64,000 nt of DNA from Verrucomicrobiota bacterium. GTDB lineage: Bacteria; Verrucomicrobiota; Lentisphaeria; Lentisphaerales; Lentisphaeraceae. The stretch is taken from NCBI GenBank assembly GCA_039798785.1, contig JBDKFG010000020.1:32001-96000 (forward strand), written 5' to 3'. This document shows positions 49,601 through 58,600 of this stretch, piece after piece (position 1 is the stretch's first letter; every line of letters begins with the position of its first letter). A program made the position numbers and the translations under genes. The notes beneath the pieces were generated by a model, which did not search any database, had not been told where the DNA came from, and saw nothing but the letters and a program-made list of their open reading frames with translations.

Positions 49601-52600
49601 GATCAACTCCAGCGGCGCCTACACCTACACCCCCTCCGGCAGCGCCGGACTCGACAGCTTCACCGTCAGCATCAACGACGGCCACGGCGGCCTGATCACT
49701 CAGGTCGTCAGCATCACCAACATCGCGGTCAACCAGGTGCCGACGATCGGCGGCAACACCAGCGGCTCGGGTTCGGAGGACGCCTCTTCGATCAACGGCA
49801 CGCTCAGCATCGTCGACCCCGATGACGGCCAGTCGAGCTTCCAGGCCGCCACGCTCAGCGGCAGCCTCGGCAGCTTCGTCCTCAGCAGCAACGGCGCCTG
49901 GGCCTTCACGCCCGGCAGTGGCGCACAAGCCCTGCTCGCCGGCGCCTCCGCCAGCAACAGCTTCCTCGTCCGCTCCTTCGACAACTCGGCCTCGCAGTCG
50001 GTGGTGATCACGGTCAGCGGCGCCAACGACGTCCCGAGCATCGGCGGCGTCAGCGGCGCCAGCACCGCCGCCAACGGCGGCTCGGTCAGCGGCCAATTGA
50101 CGATCAGCGACGCTGACACCGGCCAGTCGAGCTTCCAGGCCAAGACCGCCAGCGGCGTCTACGGCAGCTTCAGCTCCAACACCAGCGGCGCCTGGACCTT
50201 CACCCTCAGCCCGGCCGCCACCGGCGTCCTCGCCGGCAGCTCGGTCACCGAAAGCTTCGTCGTCAACTCCTTCGACGGCACCGCGCAGAAAACCGTCACC
50301 ATCGTCATCACCGGCCCCTTCCAGGCCGACATCGACTTCAATATCGACAGCAACAGCAACGCCCTGCCCGACACGCTGGAGGCCGGCAACGGCTTCCGCA
50401 TCAGCGGCGATAACGGCTCCGACGGCCTCGGCCACCAGGTCGCCTTCGTCGGCGACGTCAACGGCGACGGCTTCGACGACATCCTTGTCGGCGCCTATCA
50501 GCTCGACACAGCCGGCGGCGGCAATGCCGGTGGCGCCTACCTGATCTTCGGCAAAGGCAGCGCCTTCAACGCCGAGCTCAACCTCAACACCGACAGCGGC
50601 CTCCTGCCCGGCTCGACCGCCTCCAACGGCATCCCCGACCTGATCGAAAACGGCGCCGGCATCCTGATCAGCGGCGACAACAGCAGCGACAACACCGGCA
50701 ACGCCGTCAACGCCGCCGGCGACTTCAACGGCGACGGCTTCGCCGACTTCCTCGTCGGCGCCCGCTACAGCGAAGGCAACGGCACCTACGACGTCGGCAC
50801 CACCTACCTGATCTTCGGCAAGGCCAGCGGCCTGCCCAGCCAGATCAATCTCAATAACGACGCCACCGGCAACGGCATCCCCGATTACATCGAAGCCGGC
50901 GGCGGCATCCGCTTCGGCGGCATCGACAGCTCCGACCACAGCGGCTGGAGCGTCAACTCCGCCGGCGATGTCAACAGCGACGGCTTCGACGACCTGCTCA
51001 TCGGCGCCATCCGGGCCGACAACGTCGACGGCGACGGTGCCGGCGAGGTCTACCTGATCTACGGCCGCGCCTCCGGCACCCCGGCCAACTTCGATCTCGG
51101 TTTCGATCTCGGCATCACTCCCGGCTCGATCGGCGGCAACGCCATCCCCGACCTCCTCGAAGGCGGCTTCGGCACGCGCATCCTCGGCCCCGATGCCCAG
51201 GAACAGCTCGGCTACTCGGTCTCCGCCGCGGGCGACATCAACGGCGACGGCTACGGCGACTTCCTCATCGGCGCCGACCTCGCCGACAACGCCACCGGCA
51301 CGGACGTCGGCCAGGTCTACCTGATCTGGGGCCAGGCGTCCGGACTGCTCGCCAACCTCGACCTGAATGTCGACGACGGCGCCCTGACCGCCTCGACCGC
51401 CGGCAACGGCATTCCCGACTTCCTCGAAAACGGCGGCGGCATCCGTCTCTCCGGCGAGGATCAATACGACCACTTCGGCTCCTCACTCGGCGCCGCGGGA
51501 GATGTCAATGGCGACGGCTTCGCCGACTTCGTCATCGGCGCGGCCTACGCCGAGCTCGCCGGCTTCAGCGACGCCGGTGCCGCCTACATCATCTACGGCC
51601 GCGCCTCCGGCCTGCCACTCGACATGGATTTCAGCGTCGACCTCAACGCCAACGACACTCCCGACCTCCTCGAATCCGGCTTCGGCTTCCGCCTCGTCGG
51701 CGACGACAGCAGCGACAACCTCGGCTACTACAGCGCCGTCACTTCCGCCGGCGACGTCAACGGCGACGGCATCGACGACCTGATCGTTGCAGCCCCCATT
51801 GCGGATGCTCCTTCCCGTGGCAATACCGGCGAGGTCTACATTCTCTTCGGCAAGACCGGCGGACTTCCCGTCGACATCCGCCTCAGCGTCGACGCCAACA
51901 GCAACGACCTGCCTGACTACCTCGAAACCGGCAAAGGCCTGCGCCTGCGCGGCGACGACGCCAGCGATTACTTCGGCCACAGCGTCAGCGCCGCCGGCGA
52001 CATCAACGGCGACGGCTTTGCCGATCTGCTCATCGGCGTCATCTACGGCGACCCCTCCGGCGGCGGCGATGCTGGTGAGGCCATCGTCCTCTACGGCCGC
52101 GACTTCTCGCAAGGCAGCGCCAATGTCACCCTCGGCTCTAGCCAGAGCGGCAGCGGCGTCGCCGATCACTTCCTCGGCAGCTCCGGCAACGATGTCTTCA
52201 CCAATCTCGGCAGCGGCGATTCCGCCAGCTCCGGCGCCGGTGATGACTCGATCGCGATCAGCGCCGCCGCCTTCCTCCGCCTCGACGGCGGCACCGGACG
52301 CGACACCCTGATCCTCTCCGGCGGCATCAATCTCGACCTGCGCAGCAACGCCATGCGCCTGCAGGATTTCGAGACCATCGACCTCTCCGGCAGTGGCAAC
52401 GACTCCCTCACCCTCGATCGCACCGCTGTCCTCGGCCTGCCCGGCTCGATCAACCACAGCTCGCTCGCCACCGCTCTGCGCGTCAAAGGCGCCGCCAACG
52501 ACAGCCTCATCCTCAGCGGCGACTTCGTCGCCAAGGGCCTGAGCACTCTCGACGGCGTCATTTACCGCCAATACGAAAGCAGCTCGCGCCCCGATGCCGA

Positions 52601-55600
52601 TGTCATGGTCCAGCAAGGCGTCACCGTCACTCTTGACGCCAACGACGTCGCGGTGATCAGCGGCAGCAAGACCGGCACGGTCAACGAAGACGCGTCCAGC
52701 GTCGGCGGCAGCCTGTCGATCACCGATGCCGATGCCGGTCAAGGCAGCTTCCTGGCCGACACCATTGCCGCCACTTACGGCAGCTTCAGCATCGCCGCCA
52801 ACGGCGTCTGGAGCTTCACTCCCAACGCCTTCGCCCAGACCCTGGTCGACGGTGGCACGGCCGTCGAAAACTTCATCGTCCGCTCCTTCGACCGCAGCGC
52901 TTCGGAAGTGGTTTCCATCACCGTCACCGGCAGCAACGACCCGACCCTGATCAGCGGCACCAACAGCAATAGCATCACCCTCGACGGTCGCGTCTCGCTT
53001 GCCGGCAAGCTCAGCGCCAGCGACCTCGACGCCTCGCCCGATCAGGCCACTTTCCAGGCTCAGACTCTCGCCGGCACCTACGGCAGCTTCAGCGTCAACA
53101 AGGACGGCGGCTGGTCTTACGCCCCGGATTACTTCGACGCCGACACCCGCCTCCTCCTCAGCGGCACCGCCACCGAGAGCTTCCTGGTCCGCAGCTTCGA
53201 CGGCTCGGCTTCGATCACCATGAGCTTCACGCTCAACGGTGCGACTCGCCTGCCGCTCAGCGACCTCGATCTCGCCGCCAACGCCAACAGCAGCACTCTG
53301 CCCGACTTGATCGAGGCGGGCTACGGCTTCCGCATCGACGGTGACAACGCCAACGATCAGCTCGGCCACAACGTCGCCATTCTCGGCGATGTCAACGGCG
53401 ACGGCTTTGACGACATCCTCGTCGGCGCCCTTCTCCACGATCTGCCGGGCGCCAACGACGCCGGCGCCGCCTATCTGATCTTCGGTCGGGCTTCCGGATT
53501 TGCCCAGGATTACGACTTCAACCAGGGCCTGCCCGACGGCAGTGTCAAGATCAGTGGTGGCAGCGCCAGCGACCAGCTCGGCAACTCGGTCAATCCCGCC
53601 GGCGATTTCAATGGCGACGGCCTCGTCGACTTCCTCATCGGCGCCCGTTATGACGACGGCAACGGCGGCTACGATATCGGCAGCACCTACTTGATTTTCG
53701 GCAGCAGAAGCCCCTTCGCCTCCCAGATCGATCTCAGTCTCGACGCCAACGGCAACGGCTTGGCCGACTTCATCGAGCAGGGCCGCGGCATTCGCTTCTC
53801 CGGCAATGACAGCTCCGATCACTCCGGCTTCAACGTCAACTCGGCCGGCGATGTCAACGGCGACGGCCTCGACGATATTCTGATCGGCGCCATCCGGGCC
53901 GACAATGCCGACGGCGACGGTGCCGGCGAAGCCTACCTGATCTACGGCCGCGCCTCCGGCCTGCCCGTCAACTTCGACTTCAGCCTCGACGCGGGTTCCT
54001 ATCTCGGCTCGGTTGCCGGCAATGAAGTGCCCGACCTTCTCGAAAACGGCTTCGGCTCCCTGATTCTCGGTCCCGACGCCCAGGAACAGCTCGGTTATGC
54101 GGTCTCCGCAGCCGGCGATGTCAACGGCGACGGCTTCGGCGACTTCCTCATCAGCGCCGACCTCGCCGACAACGCCACCGGCACCGATACCGGCATGGTC
54201 TACCTCATCTGGGGCAAAAACGGCCAGCTCCCCGCCAACATCGACCTCAGTGTCGACAGCGGCGCCCTCACCGGCTCCACCGCCGGCAACGGCGTCCCCG
54301 ACTTCCTCGAAAACGGCGGCGGCATCCTCTTCTCCGGTGAAGACGCCAACGACCACCTCGGCTCCTCGGTCTCGGCCGCCGGCGACCTCAACGGCGACGG
54401 CTTCGACGACTTCGTCCTCGGCGCGGCTTATGCCGACAACCTCGCCATGTATGATGCCGGCGCCGTCTACGTCATCTACGGCCGCGCCTCCGGCCTGCCG
54501 GTCAAATTCAATCTCAGTGTCGATGCCGGCAACAATGATGTCCCCGACTTCCTCGAGGCCGGCTTCGGCTTCCGCATCAGCGGCGCCTATTACTCCGACG
54601 CCCTCGGCTACTACAGCGGCGTCACAGCCGCAGGCGATGTCAACGGCGACGGCTTCGAGGACATCCTCGTCTCCGCCTACATCGCCGAATCTCCCGGCCG
54701 CTCCGACAGCGGCGAAGCCTACCTGCTCTTCGGCAAGGCCGGCGGCTTCACCACCGACCTCAAGCTCAATGTCGACTCCAACTCCAATGACATTCCCGAC
54801 GCCCTTGAAGGCGGTCAGGGCCTGCGGATCCGCGGTCCCAGCAACTATGACTACTTCGGCCACAGCGTCAGCGGCGGCGGCGATATCAACGGCGACGGCT
54901 TCGACGATCTGATCGTCGGCGCACTCTATGCCGACACCCCGGCCGGCAACGAGGCTGGTGAAGCTTTCGTCATCTACGGCCGCGATTTCACTCAGGGCGG
55001 TGCCAGCGTCAAGCTTGGTTCCAGCCTGGCGGGCAGCGCCAGTGTCGATCACCTCATCGGCAGCAGCGGCAACGATGTCTTCACCAACCTCGGCAGCGGC
55101 GATTCCGCCAGCTCCGGCGCCGGCGATGACAGCCTGACCCTTGCCTCCAATGCCTTCCTCCGCGTCGATGGCGGCAGCGGTCGCGACACCCTCGCCCTCG
55201 GCAGCGGCATCAGCCTCGACCTGAGCTCGAACCTGAGCCGCATCCAGGGCTTCGAAATCATCGATCTCGCCGCCTCCACCTTCAGCGAATCGCTCCTCCT
55301 CGACCGCGCCGCCATCCTCGCCCTTCCCGACAGCCGCGATCAAAACGACCTTGGCAGCGCCCTGCGCGTCCTCGGCACCAGCAGCGACAACCTCACCCTC
55401 GCCGGTGACTTCGTCGATCGCGGCCTCGTCGTCTTGGGCAGCACCAGCTTCCGCCACTTTGAAAGCTCCTCCACCCCCGGCGCCGATGTCCTGGTGCAAC
55501 AAGGCCTCACCGTCACCAACGACAGCAACGACCTGCCGGTTTTCGGCGGCGTCGGCAGCGGCACGGTCAACGAAGACGACGCCAGCCTCAGCCGGGCCCT

Positions 55601-58600
55601 GACCATCAGCGACGCCGATGCCGGCGAAGCCAGCTTCCTGCCCGACAGCATCGCCGCAGTCTACGGCACCTTCGCCATCGCCGCCAACGGCACCTGGACC
55701 TTCACTCCCAATGCCTTCGCCCAGTCGCTCAACGACGGCCAGACGGTCACCGAAAACTTCTTCGTCACCTCCTTCGACCGCAGCGGATCCTTGACCGTCA
55801 CCGTCACCGTCAACGGCAGCAATGACCCGACCGTGATCAGCGGCGCGACCAGTTACAGCCTCAGCCTCGACGGACGCATCGGCCTCGCCGGCAATCTCAC
55901 CGCCACCGATGCCGACGCCGACGCCACCCAGGCCGCCTTCACCGCCCGCAGCCTGACCGGCACCTACGGCAGCTTCTCCGTCGATGCCAACGGCTCCTGG
56001 TTCTACAGTCCCGATTACCAGGATCCCGACACTCAGGCCCTCGGCAACGGCGTCAGCGCCGTCGACAGCTTCCTCGTCCTCGCCAAAGACGGGGCCTCCT
56101 CGTTAAGCGTGAGCTTCACCGTCACCGGCGCCGCCAAGCTGCCCTTGACCTTGCTCGATTTCAGTGTCAACGCCAATAGCAACAGCCTGCCCGACCTGGT
56201 CGAGGCCGGCTACGGCTTCCGCCTCGCCGGTGACAACGCCAACGACAGCTTCGGCCACAACGTCGCCCTCCTCGGCGATGTCAACGGCGATGGCTTCGAC
56301 GACCTGCTCGTCGGCGCCCCGCTGCATGACCAAGCAGCCAACGACGCCGGCGCCGCCTACCTGGTCTACGGCAAGAGCTCGGGCTTCGCTCAGGATTACG
56401 ACTTCAATCAGGGCGTCCCGGCAGGTGCCGTCAAGTTCAGTGGCGACAAGGCCAGCGACCAGCTCGGCAACAGCCTCAATGCCGCCGGCGACTTCAACGG
56501 CGACGGCCTCGCCGACTTCCTCATCGGCGCCCGCTACGACGACGGCAACGGCGGCTACGACATCGGCTCCACCTACCTCGTCTTCGGCAGCCGCAGCAGC
56601 CTGCCGAGCCAGATCTCCCTGGCCAGCGACGCCAACGGCAACGGACTGCCTGACTTCATCGAAAACGGCGGCGGCATCCGCTTCTCCGGCAACGACAGCT
56701 ATGACTGGTCCGGCTTCAATGTCAACGCCGCCGGCGATGTCAACGGCGACGGCTTCGCGGATATCCTCATCGGCGCCATCCGCGCCGACAACGTCGACGG
56801 CGACGGTGCCGGCGAAGCCTACCTGATCTACGGCCGCGCCTCCGGCACCCCGGCCAATTTCGACCTCAATCTCGACTCCGGCGTCCTCATCGGCGCCACC
56901 GCCGGCAACGAGGTGCCAGACCTCCTCGAAGCCGGCTACGGCACCCGTTTCCTCGGCCCCGATGCCCAGGAACAGCTCGGCTATGCCGTCTCCGCCGCCG
57001 GCGATGTCAACGGCGACGGCTTCGGTGACTTCCTCGTCAGCGCCGACCTCGCCGACAACGCCACCGGCTCCGACACCGGTTTGGTCTACCTCGTCTGGGG
57101 TCAGAACGGCAAGCTCCCCGCCAACATCGATCTCGGGGTCGACAGCGGCTCGCTCTCCGGCTCCACCGCCAGCAACTCCATCCCCGACTTCCTCGAAGCC
57201 GGCGGCGGCATCCTGATCTCCGGCGAAGACGCCTCCGACCACCTCGGCTCCTCCGTCTCCGCCGCCGGCGATGTCAACGGCGACGGCTTCGCCGACTTCA
57301 TCATCGCCGCCCGCTACGCCGAACGAAGCGGCAGCAGCGACAACGGCGCCGCCTACCTCATCTACGGACGCAGCTCGGGACTCCCCGTCCACCTCGACCT
57401 CAACCTCGACAACGCCAGCGTCGTCGGCTCCGTCGCCAGCAACGACCTCCCCGATTACCTCGAAGCCGGCTTCGGCTTCCGCCTCAGCGGTGATGACAAC
57501 TCCGATCACCTCGGCTACTACAGCGCCCTCAGCGCCGCCGGCGACGTCAACGGCGACGGCTTCGCCGACCTCCTCATCGCCGCTCCCTACGCCGACTCGC
57601 CCTCGCGCTACGACAACGGCGAGGTCTACCTCCTCTTCGGCCAGGCCGCCGCTTTCAACCCGAACCTCAGCCTCGGCGCCGATGCCAACAGCAACGGCAT
57701 TCCCGATCTCCTCGACGCCGGCAAAGGCCTGCTCCTCCAAGGGGTCAACAATTACGAACACCTCGGCCACAGCGTCAGCGCCGGCTCCGACCTCAACGGC
57801 GACGGCTTCGACGACTTGATCATCGGCGCTATCGACGGCGACGGCAGCGGCGGCGCCGACACCGGCCTCGCCTACGTCATCTACGGCCGCGACTTCTCCC
57901 AGGGCGGCGGCAATGTCACCCTCGCCTCCAGCTTTACCGGCGGCGCAAACCCCGAGCACCTCGTCGGCAGCAGCGGCGGCGACAACATCACCAACATCGG
58001 CAGCGGCGACTCCGTCAGCTCCGGCGCCGGGGATGACTCGATCGCCATCGCCTCCAACGCCTTCCTCCGCCTCGACGGCGGCAGCGGCCGCGACTCTCTC
58101 GCCCTCAGCGCCGGCATCAGTCTCGACCTGAGCACCAAGCTGACTCATGTCGCCGGCTTCGAAATCATCGATCTCGCCGCCTCCACCCTCAGCGAATCGC
58201 TCACCCTGAGCAGCGCCGCCATCCTCGCCCTGCCCGACAGCCGCGATCAAAGCGGCTTGAACAGCGCCCTCCGCGTCAAAGGCGGCAGCGGCGACAGCGT
58301 CACCCTCGTCGGCGACTTCGTCGACAAAGGCAGCTTCACCTTCGACGGAATCACCTACCGCCACCTCGAGGACGGCGCCCGCCCCGCCGCCGATGTCCTG
58401 ATCCAGAACGGTTTGACCCTGGTCATCGATGCCAACGACCCGGCGGTGATCAGTGGCACCAGCTCCGGCACGGTGTCGGAAAACGGCCCCGTCCTCAACG
58501 GCAGCCTCAGCGTCGTCGACCCCGATCCCGGCCAGTCGAGCTTCCTGCCCGACAGCGTCAGCGGCTTCTACGGCAGCTTCGCCATCGCCAGCAACGGCAC